A stretch of 64,000 nt of DNA from an uncultured Methanoregulaceae archaeon (GTDB taxonomy: Archaea > Halobacteriota > Methanomicrobia > Methanomicrobiales > Methanospirillaceae), in NCBI GenBank assembly GCA_963705255.1, contig OY970061.1, positions 608,001 through 672,000 on the forward strand, read 5' to 3'. This document shows, one piece after another, positions 10,475 through 19,870 of this stretch (position 1 is its first letter; each line of letters begins with the position of its first letter). The notes under the pieces are model-generated. The model worked only from the letters and a program-made list of their open reading frames with translations. It searched no databases and was not told the DNA's origin. Position numbers and translations under genes: made by a program.

Positions 10475-11269
10475 TCATTCGAAGAGCCAGCCGAGGTCCT
10501 GGAGCTCTTCAATCTGCGCCAGCTGGACGTTGATATCGGTTTTTTTTGGGATCTCCAGTTTTGCGACGATCTTGTTCGAACCGCCGAACGTATCCAGCGT
10601 CGCGCCAAGTGCGACGAGGTCCCGGAGGATCTCGTCCTGCATCTTCTTGCGGTCCCCTTCACCCAGTTCCGCTATGAGCTGGAACTCCGGGTGCTTCAGT
10701 ATTGCCGTCTTGTTGATGGTGACACCGCTCTGGCTTTCGAGAACGGCATCGAATGCCTCGCGCCGCATCCGCTGGTTCTCCATGTGGGAATAGATGCGGT
10801 ACCCGCTCTTGATGGAAGAGGCGATCCCGTCGATCTTGGCAACCACCTGCTCCACGATGGTCTCGAGCTGGTCCTGCGCATGGGTGATGGCAAAGAGGTG
10901 GAAGTCATCAGAATAGATCCACTGGATCTCGGTCGTGTTCGCCTTTTTGTAGATCTGTTCGGTGATGACCCAGTCCCCCCGCCGGAGCGTGAATCCCAGG
11001 ATCCGGAAGTCCGGTCTCTTTTTTGCGATCACCGGGTAGACCTGGAGATCATCGATAAGGGATACGTCCTTGTCCCGGTATTCGGTGATGACGAGTTCGA
11101 AATAGCGGGTCTTCGGGTGAGGGGGTTTGAGGATAACACTGTCGTAGACCTTCCATTTGTATTCCATGACCTGCTGGATCTCGATCTCATCCCCGATATC
11201 GATAAGGTACGAATGGCCGATGTGGTGCCTGTCAACCTTCTGGTATTCATGATACACCACATCGGTCAT
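10475..11269 (-). CDS. Hypothetical protein (264 aa)
   Basis: Long ORF with host-like codon usage, convergent with the RACo gene; no motif recognised. Confidence 0.75.
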   Translation of the reverse strand: MTDVVYHEYQKVDRHHIGHSYLIDIGDEIEIQQVMEYKWKVYDSVILKPPHPKTRYFELVITEYRDKDVSLIDDLQVYPVIAKKRPDFRILGFTLRRGDWVITEQIYKKANTTEIQWIYSDDFHLFAITHAQDQLETIVEQVVAKIDGIASSIKSGYRIYSHMENQRMRREAFDAVLESQSGVTINKTAILKHPEFQLIAELGEGDRKKMQDEILRDLVALGATLDTFGGSNKIVAKLEIPKKTDINVQLAQIEELQDLGWLFE

Positions 11270-11488
11270 GGTTTGTCTCGTTAATGCCGTTGTTTCGTAA
11301 AAGAACCCTTACGATGATAAATTTCCGGGAAAATTTTCCTTTTCGGGGCTGCTTAATATCTATTTTCCTATGCATTTATTTGAGTTCTTTGGTCTGGGTT
11401 TCCTCCGTTGGCCGGTATACATGAACCGGAGTGGCTGGCAGGTCCTGCCACACCTGTCAACAAGCTGTATCTTGTCGAACGTGTAAAC

Positions 11489-12130
11489 ATGACCGGCAGG
11501 ACTGATACACCGGTGCGGGTAAATCCTGATGCATGGGATGAAGAATATTCCCGGAAGGGCAGGCTCTTCGGTGGTTCCGTGTTCACCTTACCGGGTCTCC
11601 TCCCGGGCCCGGACGTGCTCGAACTCGGGTGTGGCGATGGCAAGACCCTGTCGGCAATGGTACACCGGGACTGGAAGGTGACCACCCTGGATTTCTCCTC
11701 CCGGGCAGTTATCCTTGCCCGGGATGCAGCCGGATTATCGGCGAATCTTGTCATCGGGGACGCCCGGGCTATACCGTTCAGGCAGGAAACTTTCGACGCA
11801 GTCTTTGCTCACCACATCTTCGGGCATATGACACAGGGTGACCGTGAAGAGATCTCCCGTGAGATATTCCGGGTCATCAGGCCGGGCGGGAATCTCTATT
11901 TCAACGATTTCTCTACCCGTGATTTCAGGTTCGGGAAAGGGTCTGAAACGGAACCAGGAACGTTCAGGCGGGGAAACGGGATCTGCACGCATTATTTTAC
12001 CCCCGGTGAAGTGGCCGATCTTTTTTCCCGCCTTGCCGTGGTTTCCGTGGACTACCGGGACTGGAATATGCGTATACGCGGAAGGGACCTGCCGCGATCC
12101 GAGGTGACCGCAGTGTTCAGGAAATGTTGA
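11489..12130 (+). CDS. Class I SAM-dependent methyltransferase
   Basis: VLELGCGDGK, LDFS, GDARAIPF, RVIRPGG. Confidence 0.9.
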   Translation: MTGRTDTPVRVNPDAWDEEYSRKGRLFGGSVFTLPGLLPGPDVLELGCGDGKTLSAMVHRDWKVTTLDFSSRAVILARDAAGLSANLVIGDARAIPFRQETFDAVFAHHIFGHMTQGDREEISREIFRVIRPGGNLYFNDFSTRDFRFGKGSETEPGTFRRGNGICTHYFTPGEVADLFSRLAVVSVDYRDWNMRIRGRDLPRSEVTAVFRKC

Positions 12131-12140
12131 ATCCCGAAGT

Positions 12141-12426
12141 GGTGAGGCAGGAGAAGAACCCGAAGAATTCAAATAAATTCTTCGGCTCTTCGAGGTTCTG
12201 ATGAACCTCTCAGAACCCGGAGGGTTCTTCGATTTGCCGAATCCCGCTGGACCCTATGAATGATTCGGAGGAAGTATCGGAGGGGGTTCTTCGATTTGCC
12301 GGATATGACATGCCGAACCCCGGAGGGGTGAGGCAGGAGAAGAACTCGAAGAATTCAAATAAATTCTTCGGCTCTTCGAGGTTCTGATGAACCTCTCAGA
12401 ACCCGGAGGGTTCTTCGACTTGCCGA
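12141..12426. repeat. Two 100-bp direct repeats with nested hairpins, between convergent genes
   Basis: 12141-12240 and 12327-12426 differ at two positions; internal stems cgaagaatt/aattcttcg, gaggttc/gaacctc, aaccc-gga-gggtt. Confidence 0.95.
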
Positions 12427-12429
12427 GGT

Positions 12430-13283
12430 TCAGCGCCGGGATACCCACAGGACTGCGTAACAGGCAAGTGCGATCAGCGCAGGCGCCCCGTCAAAACCGG
12501 GGAGGGGCTTGTCCCGGTTGCCGTGGTCCCGGGAATATACCCGAGAATGGCCGATACCTGAACAGTGCTTCCCGTTGTGACATTGACGGTCTTTGTGACC
12601 GGTTCGAAATTATCTTTCTCGAACCGGAATGTATGTATGCCGGCCGGGATCTCGTCCAGTGTTACAGGTGCATCACCGGCATAGGAGCCATCGATATACA
12701 CCTGAACTCCAGAGGGTGACGATATCACCCTGGCTGCACCGGTAGCTGGCTGTGTGGATGCAGAAGCTGACTTTGTGGGATCAATTACCGTGTGTGAAAA
12801 AGCAGGAAGTACATCAACGTTGGTGAATTGCCGGGAGTATGCGTCCGGGAAGGTCACGGTTATCGTTGCCGGAGAAAAGTCGGCGGTGATGACACTGCTG
12901 AGTGCGGAATTCTTCAGGGCGATCTCTGCCTTTTTGAAGTTCATAGAAGCGGTTCGGTATTCAGTGCCTTCAGGAACATCGCCGGTATCCGCAAATTTGC
13001 TCATGAGGAGAGTTGCAGCTGACTTGTTCATGGAAATGATCTCCGGGGGATCGGAACTGCTGGCAAGTCCTTTTTTGAGCTCGTCCTCCAGAATGGATTG
13101 CGGGATGGCATTCTCAAGGATCCCTTCCAGTGTGAAGCGGAAGATTGCCGTGGCATCCCCGTTTTTGCTGATGGTGATATCAAGCGAGTTGGCAGTGAAT
13201 GCCTGGACCGGCACAGCAACAAGAAATGCAGTACAGAATACGAGCAGCATGGAACAAAGGAAACGTGATGATTCCAGCGACAA
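12430..13283 (-). CDS. Secreted PEGA-domain protein with a PGF-CTERM-like tail (frameshift near 3' end)
   Basis: Signal peptide; SSPSGVQVYIDG PEGA motif; the shifted frame gives LPGFDGAPALIALACYAVLWVSRR*. Confidence 0.8.
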
Positions 13284-13466
13284 GATTATTTCCCCTCCAG
13301 GGAACCGGGAATTGTGATGTGCTGTATCCGGATCTGTTGTTATTGCCGATAAGCGTATCATCGCCAGCCCGGAACCCCGTATTTGATCATCTGACCCGGT
13401 TTTACCGGCACGATTTTTTCGCTCAAATTAATTAATATAGCGTTGAGGCGCATATTTCAGGCAGCT

Positions 13467-14135
13467 ATGATAGACTCGGTCATAACAGTCCTTCTTCATC
13501 TTGACCAGAACATGACAGCAGTTGTCCATCAATATGGCATGTGGACGTATCTTATCCTGTTCTGTATCATCTTCTTCGAAACCGGGTTTGTCATCATGCC
13601 ATTTCTTCCCGGGGACTCGATCCTGTTCGTCGCGGGGGCTGCAGCGGCGAGTGGTATTCTCGATCTCCAGTGGCTGCTTATTGCAATTGTCCTTGGTGCG
13701 GTCCTCGGCGACACCGTGAACTACTGGATCGGAAATTACATCGGGCTCCACGTATTTCTCGAACGGTTTCCGAACCTTGTCAAAAAGGAATACGTTGACC
13801 GGACCTATGGGTTTTACGAAAAATATGGCGGTACTACCATCTTTGTGGCACGGTTCTTTCCCATTATCCGGACGTTTGCACCCTTTCTTGCCGGGGTCGG
13901 GTCCATGCAGTACCGGCGGTTCCTGTTCTATAATGTCCTGGGAGGAACCGCATGGACCTTCTTTGTCGTCCTTGCCGGTTATTACCTTGGTGCATTTTCC
14001 ATCGTGAAAGAAAACATGAGCCTCCTGATTATCGCCGTTCTTGTCGTGACGGCTGCTACGGTTATTGTTATTGCAGCCGGTATCCTGTCTGCCTACCTCC
14101 GGAAGGAACCTGCAGTTCAGGAAAAAAACCAATAA
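13467..14135 (+). CDS. DedA family membrane protein
   Basis: ETGFVIMPFLPGDS, GDTVNYWIG, ARFFPIIRTFAPFLAG. Confidence 0.95.
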   Translation: MIDSVITVLLHLDQNMTAVVHQYGMWTYLILFCIIFFETGFVIMPFLPGDSILFVAGAAAASGILDLQWLLIAIVLGAVLGDTVNYWIGNYIGLHVFLERFPNLVKKEYVDRTYGFYEKYGGTTIFVARFFPIIRTFAPFLAGVGSMQYRRFLFYNVLGGTAWTFFVVLAGYYLGAFSIVKENMSLLIIAVLVVTAATVIVIAAGILSAYLRKEPAVQEKNQ

Positions 14136-14426
14136 CCTTTCGGGCGTTGCTGAAAAAATAATTACGTTTGTTTTTCCACTCTCTGCCGGCTACTATTTTT
14201 GAAATGTTTCCAGGACGGTTTCCGATCGCGGCTGCAAGGCTGATGGAACGTAACGAAAGGAATTTTCCAGGCATTATTCTTTGTCCGCCCGGTAAATGAA
14301 AGAAATACCGGCTCTGGAGAACCGGACATGAACCTATAACGTTCACCCCGGAACCATGAAAATCGTAGTATTCAGATATCACGGAAGGTGGTTCCTCTTT
14401 TACGATTGCGATGAACGCCGCCGCAC

Positions 14427-14987
14427 TCGAAGAACTCTGACGAGTTCTTCTCATCCTAGAGGTCCTGATGAACCTCTTCGGTGTCGAAGATTGATCTCTT
14501 CTCCACAGTTATCGGCATCCCCAACGGGGAGCCAGCCGTGACCTGATGAACAGGGCCGGCTGGAGAAAATTCTCCGCAAGAGAATTTTCAACTCGCCCCG
14601 CAGTGGGATCAACCTCCTTGCCCCGCCGTGCCTCATCTTTCACAAGATTCGGCAAGAGGAAGTTTTTCAGACTTCCTCTGCTTCATCCGTACAGGATGAA
14701 GCAAGTCGAAGAATCCTTGCGGATTCTTCTCCAGTCGATCCTCGCTGACGCGACGATTGACTCCCCGGAGAGGCCCTGAGGCGGGGAGTTCTCGTACCTG
14801 AACGATTTTTAGGGGAATTCCCAGTATATCCTGTGATTCGCTTACATTTTTCAACGATTATGAGGGTGATCCCCTCACTCATGTCGAAGAACTCTGATGA
14901 GTTCTTCTCCAGCCTGCTCTTCCCTTCGGGAATCTGAAAGGTTCATCAGAACCTTGAAGGAGAGAAGAATTCGAAAGAATTCTTCGA
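14427..14987. repeat. Cluster of TCGAAG...CTTCTC / GAGAAG...CTTCGA hairpins in both orientations
   Basis: Hairpins at 14427-14452, 14706-14731, 14884-14909, 14918-14934 and 14962-14987. Confidence 0.8.
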
Positions 14988-15050
14988 ACAGCAGTCTTCC
15001 CCAAGAGCGTCTGGAATGAAAGCCATGATTTCTGCAGAGCCAAAAAAAGA

Positions 15051-16130
15051 TTACTTTTTCTGCCGGACAACAAGTCCCCTGTTATCAATTTTTGTGGCTA
15101 TCGCGATCTTCAGTCCCAGAGGGCGGATGAGTTTTTCAACTGCCTTTTTGTCCAGTTCTGTCACGACAGCGATGGAAGGGCCGACAGAGCTCATGCCGAT
15201 AAATTCCAGTCTCTTTTCCCGGAGCATGCTCATGTAATGATAGATCTCAAAACTGTGGTGCTCCACTTCCGCACGTTTTGACCCACGGAACTCAATCTCC
15301 CAGATCACGTCCCCCGCCTTCCTGACGTCCCCCTTCTCGAGTGCAGGGATGAGGTCCATCAGGAAAAGGTACGCCTTGAGTTCCCGGTCACGGTAATCGA
15401 GGGTTCTGGCCTTGTTCATCAGGAGGTCGAATTCCTGGGTGCCGGCAGAGGAGATGTCCGTGGGCGGGATGATGATATAGACATTCATGCCTTCAGCAAA
15501 GGGGTGGTGGTACACAAGCGAGAGCTCGTCTCCCATCACGGCCATTCCGCCATACGTGCTCACCGCGGGGCCGACCCCGGTCTCAAATCCGAATGCGATG
15601 TTACCATCGGCAGTCTCCTCGACATAGTTGTGCCCGATAAGGTGCCGCAACTGGGTGTTTGCCAGGGGCGAGCCGACCGCCTGGTTCAGGGCAGTTGCGA
15701 CCGCAATCATGACCGTGCTGGTGGAGCCAAGGCCCACATGCTTGTGCTCGTGGTCCGTGACTTTGATCCGGAACCCGCCCTTGTACCCCGTGACGTTCCG
15801 GAAGACCTCGACAAAGTTCCGGACGATGGGTGCCCGGTTGTAATCGATGACCACCTCCTTTTTCGTGCAGCTGACTTCGGCGGAACAGTAGCACTGTATC
15901 GCAAACCCGATTCCTCCCCCTCCCGGGTGGTCCGGAGCAAACCGGTTCATGTCCAGCACGGTCAGGTGGATTCGCGCCGGGGCCTGCACAAAAACCGTTC
16001 CTTTCACGGGTTTCAGTAAGTATCTTTTTTTCTCGAGGCCAAGCGTCTTGAGGTTTTTCCCCGGTAGGAACCCCTTGAACTCGTATTCCACGAGGTCGAG
16101 GTCGCCGCCGCGTATCTTCATGATCGCCAT
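15051..16130 (-). CDS. GHMP-kinase superfamily protein, beta-RFAP synthase-like
   Basis: PARIHLTVLD, GGGGIGF, HVGLGSTS, GMSSVGP. Confidence 0.8.
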   Translation of the reverse strand: MAIMKIRGGDLDLVEYEFKGFLPGKNLKTLGLEKKRYLLKPVKGTVFVQAPARIHLTVLDMNRFAPDHPGGGGIGFAIQCYCSAEVSCTKKEVVIDYNRAPIVRNFVEVFRNVTGYKGGFRIKVTDHEHKHVGLGSTSTVMIAVATALNQAVGSPLANTQLRHLIGHNYVEETADGNIAFGFETGVGPAVSTYGGMAVMGDELSLVYHHPFAEGMNVYIIIPPTDISSAGTQEFDLLMNKARTLDYRDRELKAYLFLMDLIPALEKGDVRKAGDVIWEIEFRGSKRAEVEHHSFEIYHYMSMLREKRLEFIGMSSVGPSIAVVTELDKKAVEKLIRPLGLKIAIATKIDNRGLVVRQKK

Positions 16131-16509
16131 AGAGAACAAATCCTGTTAGGTGCGGTCACGGGAAAATGGTTCCGTTTAATCCGTGCGCAGCGTTCCGGAA
16201 CCAGATGCACCTCCGCGGTCTCCATGACCAGAATACTTCCGCGAACCTCATTCTCATTTTTTATCTTCCTTTAGATGTGAATCAGGCAGGATTCAATTCT
16301 TTACGGATCTGAAAATCGGCAAAAAATAAAAATGCCCGTAGTCTTATTTCTGCCTGTCATGAACAAAGAAAATGTCTGGCTTCATTTGTAAAATGACCTG
16401 GTAAAATTGACTATCGATGCACGCGGGCATTGAAATATCGCAATCCTCCGAAAAGCCAGCCAAACCATGCCTTGTAAATTTTATATATCTTGACGGGAGA
16501 TGGATGACT

Positions 16510-17562
16510 ATGACATTCAGACTGGCGAATATGTATGCAATTCTGCTGTTTTTCCTGCTGGTATCAGTCAGTTATGCAAGTGCGGCGCCGTCAATTCCTA
16601 CGATCTCCCAGGGAAATACGATCTTCATCGGGGAGCAGGGACTGGATATTACGAGGGCATTAGGAGGTTCAACACAGATCGGGTGGTGGGCATCCGCCGC
16701 TGACATCGCCACCAGTTCTCCGAACCAGGTCGTCCCGATCAGCAGTCCGACCAGTTTTTATGTGGATCCCACATCATTCGGATCGTATACCGGTGGCTGG
16801 TACCGTCTGGATAGTACCTCGAAGGCAGCAGGACCTGCATTCACGGTTGCGGATCCCAACCTTGCCGTAAAGGTGAGGGATACCACGGCTTCGATCGATG
16901 CAACCAACAGCTGGGTACCACGGGGAGATCTGGTCCAGTTTGAGATAGACACCAACCTGATCGCAATTTCCCAGCGGTCCGTCTCGCCAACCATGCAGCT
17001 GTATGTTCAGGCTCCCAATGGTGCCCAGTATAGTGCTCTGGTTAATGGAGGTACTACGACTCCGATAGACAATATTCAGGTCACAACGAGTCCTTTCTTG
17101 ACGGGTTCGATATGGGATACCGGTAATTCTCTCTATCCTTCCGGTACATATACGGTCTGGGTAGAATGCGATGTCAACGGCATGAAGGACAACTACGGCG
17201 TGGCTGGAAAGACCATCAGCAGCCAGGTCACCGTTCTGGATCAGGATCAGAACCCCCGGATTGCAAACAGCGCATATATAACAAATCCCACCACTCAGAT
17301 CACGATTTTGCCCGCTCAGATAACCACAACAATTCCACCTGCAACCGAACCGATCACCCAGCCTTCAGTTTCCCGGACTGCTATCCCGCAACCGACTACT
17401 CTTCCGGCTACCGTAAGCACGCTCACTCCGCAGACTTCCGTAATACCCTCAATAACGGAACAACCAACCCTGCCTCAGCCGACACGGAGTCCGGGGTTCG
17501 GCTTCGTTGTCGCCGTCGGTGCGGCGATCATCTGTTTTGCGGTATATTCACGGAAAAAATAA
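16510..17562 (+). CDS. DUF3821-like cell-surface protein with Thr/Pro linker and PGF-CTERM
   Basis: Signal peptide, GNTIFIGEQGLDIT, C-terminal SPGF-TM-RKK. Confidence 0.85.
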   Translation: MTFRLANMYAILLFFLLVSVSYASAAPSIPTISQGNTIFIGEQGLDITRALGGSTQIGWWASAADIATSSPNQVVPISSPTSFYVDPTSFGSYTGGWYRLDSTSKAAGPAFTVADPNLAVKVRDTTASIDATNSWVPRGDLVQFEIDTNLIAISQRSVSPTMQLYVQAPNGAQYSALVNGGTTTPIDNIQVTTSPFLTGSIWDTGNSLYPSGTYTVWVECDVNGMKDNYGVAGKTISSQVTVLDQDQNPRIANSAYITNPTTQITILPAQITTTIPPATEPITQPSVSRTAIPQPTTLPATVSTLTPQTSVIPSITEQPTLPQPTRSPGFGFVVAVGAAIICFAVYSRKK

Positions 17563-17634
17563 TTTTTCCGGAGAAACAGGCATAAACCAATCGGGATTAC
17601 TCCGCTACCATAACCCAAAAAATCTTAATGATCA

Positions 17635-18196
17635 TTATTTGGCAATATCACGGTCAAAGAAGATGTTTTTTCCTGTAGCCGAGAGGGGAACAGCATACGC
17701 GACCGTGCATTCCTTATCGAAGAGGCCGAGGTCGAGCGCTGCGGCACCGCCGGAATACATGATCCGGTTATCAACATTATGGATCTGGGCGGTTTTTACC
17801 GCAGAACCGATCGCTATCCCAAGATCGGCCATCCTTACTGCACAGTTCGGGCCCGAGAAGAATGTGCCCTGCTCTTTTAGCGTGGCGTACGCTTCTGCCA
17901 TATCGGCGCATGTCAGGAAACCGCACGCCCCGCAGTTGATGCCGGCGGTCAGGTTTCCTTTTCCTCCGATGAGGACACACCCGTCGCATGCGGCAAAATT
18001 TTTTGAGTCGCGCAGGAAGAAACCGATGTTTTTTGCCTCGCCCAGTTCAGCGAGACGTTTTGCAACAGCCTTGATCTCCTTTCCGGTCAGCACTCTGCAC
18101 AGGATGGTGTCCACCCCTCTGCCTTTCGGGGCGGTCCTGGCGGCAAGCACCATCAGCTCTGCGACAGTGGCAACGGCATTCTTTTCAGTACCTCAT
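17635..18196 (-). CDS. DUF2148 ferredoxin-like protein (indel near start)
   Basis: AARTAPKGRGVD, NCGACGFLTC, DLGIAIGSA, VDNRIMYSGG. Confidence 0.85.
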
Positions 18197-18283
18197 AAAG
18201 GAGTATGTGCGATGACGACAGGATAAAAGGTGCGTAACTGCACCCGGTCGCGGGAAACGATGTTCCGGAATTATTAAAAAAGC

Positions 18284-18565
18284 TCAGGACTGGTCGGCAC
18301 CGGCGACCTCTTCCTCAGTCGGGGGTGTCGTCCAGACCTTCCAGCAGAAATAGATGATCGAGGCTACAATCAGCACGATGAGGAGTACCGCACTCCAGAT
18401 ATCTTCTGCAAAGAGCAGGTTTACCGGGATATTCATCCCCATGCGGTCATTCACAAAACCGATGCCCAGCGCAATGATAAAAAAGAGGATGAACCCGACG
18501 ACACACCCGAGGAGAATTGCCGCCGCAACGCGCAACGGGCTGGGTTTTATGGCATTTTCTGTCAT
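18284..18565 (-). CDS. Small two-TM membrane protein
   Basis: Two hydrophobic stretches; lies in tandem with its neighbours. Confidence 0.7.
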   Translation of the reverse strand: MTENAIKPSPLRVAAAILLGCVVGFILFFIIALGIGFVNDRMGMNIPVNLLFAEDIWSAVLLIVLIVASIIYFCWKVWTTPPTEEEVAGADQS

Positions 18566-18643
18566 GTAATGACAGTTTTCCATCCCGAAATAAAAACCAA
18601 TCGGTTGGGTGATACGTCCCTGCGGGAAAGAGAAAAGGGCGCA

Positions 18644-19069
18644 TCATTCTGTGCCGGGAGAGACCCGGAAGGCGACACCGTCGAACTGTGCGATGGTCCG
18701 CTCACCTTCGTAGACCATGACCCGGAATGTTGAGCACCGCCCGTTATCAGCGACCCGTTGTGCAATGGCGACAAGGTCGCCGGTCGCCGGAGCGATGTAC
18801 TGGATGTGCACCGAGACGGCTACACGGCCGGTCCCTGCGCAGTTTGCGGCGATCCCGAATGCCTGGTCAGCCAGGGCAAAGATTGCACCGCCGTGGGCAA
18901 CCCCATGGGGATTTTTCTTTTGCCTGCAGTTCATAATGACGCGTGCGTACCCGTCATCCGCCTCCGTAATTTCCATCCCCAGGAGCTGCGCGAACTCGCT
19001 CTCGTTAAATGCGGTTATCCGGTCAGCGATGGCAGCGGGATCGTGAGCGGGATGGGGATTCGGTATCAT
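18644..19069 (-). CDS. PaaI-family hotdog thioesterase
   Basis: NPHGVAHGGAIFALAD. Confidence 0.92.
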   Translation of the reverse strand: MIPNPHPAHDPAAIADRITAFNESEFAQLLGMEITEADDGYARVIMNCRQKKNPHGVAHGGAIFALADQAFGIAANCAGTGRVAVSVHIQYIAPATGDLVAIAQRVADNGRCSTFRVMVYEGERTIAQFDGVAFRVSPGTE

Positions 19070-19107
19070 GGTGCGCACCGGAGAAATTCTTTCATGATCC
19101 GGGAAGC

Positions 19108-19806
19108 TCATTTGTATTTTTTCTGCGAGTACGAATATTTCTGGGTCTCTCCGCCATCGGCAACGATATACATCCACTCGTACAAGGATTTCACGGTCCC
19201 GAATTTTTTGTAGCGCCGCATGGAGAACCCGACTTTGAGCCTGCCATCAAAACGGATAGACCCCTGGTCTTTCATCCGCATGGCGATCTCGAGGTCATCA
19301 CCGGCATCGATGCAGCGGTACCTGCCGGCTTTTTCGAATGCCTCCTTGCGGAACGCGGTATTGCACCCGAGCGTATAATAAAACGTCCTGCTGTAATAGC
19401 CGATCCGGGAGAACGTGTTCGCAAGCAGGAGGGAGAACCGGTTGCCGAAGCTCTCCTCGATGGGGTAGATCGGGCCATAGACCTGGACAACCGAGGGGTT
19501 TGAAAAATTCTCGCCAATCCGTTGTATCCAGTAGGGCGGAAGGATGCAGTCCGCATCGGTGGTGGCAATGATATCCCCTTTTCCAACGCGAGCTCCGTCG
19601 TTGCGGGCGCCGCCCACCTTTCTGCTGGTCTGGATGAAGACCCTGTCAGCGTATTTTTCTGCGATCTCGCACGTCCTGTCCTTTGAACCGCCGTCGACGA
19701 CAATGATCTCGTACCCGTTGCGGGGGACAGTCTGGTGGCAGAGAGAGACAAGACACTGCGCGATATTCTCCTCTTCATTAAAAGTCGGGATGATAACCGA
19801 TATCAT
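19108..19806 (-). CDS. Glycosyltransferase family 2
   Basis: ISVIIPTFNEE, VVDGGSKD, DAD motif. Confidence 0.93.
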   Translation of the reverse strand: MISVIIPTFNEEENIAQCLVSLCHQTVPRNGYEIIVVDGGSKDRTCEIAEKYADRVFIQTSRKVGGARNDGARVGKGDIIATTDADCILPPYWIQRIGENFSNPSVVQVYGPIYPIEESFGNRFSLLLANTFSRIGYYSRTFYYTLGCNTAFRKEAFEKAGRYRCIDAGDDLEIAMRMKDQGSIRFDGRLKVGFSMRRYKKFGTVKSLYEWMYIVADGGETQKYSYSQKKYK

Positions 19807-19870
19807 TCGGGTAAAAACTCCTGTAGAAATGTGTGTTTTTCTGATGATAAGCGTGATGCAGAAAACCGGT

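Noticed and set aside
12190-12235. CTGATGA/CTGACGA as a hammerhead ribozyme core (also at 14437 and 14894)
   Set aside because: No GAAA after a stem II and no cleavage-site arm. The motif sits in hairpin loops and occurs in both orientations.
12141-12426. CRISPR array
   Set aside because: Only two 100-bp units; repeat and spacer sizes do not fit, and no cas genes are adjacent.
14884-14909. Box C/D sRNA or K-turn reading of the TGATGA/CTGA and GA-GA motifs
   Set aside because: No C-D'-C'-D spacing, and the 3-nt bulge plus canonical stem required for a K-turn is not consistently present.
18253-18266. Another perfect GGAA-N6-TTCC upstream of the DUF2148 gene
   Set aside because: About one chance match is expected in a window this size. 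It is not positioned downstream of a TATA box and the gene has no evident nitrogen link, so it is left unsupported.
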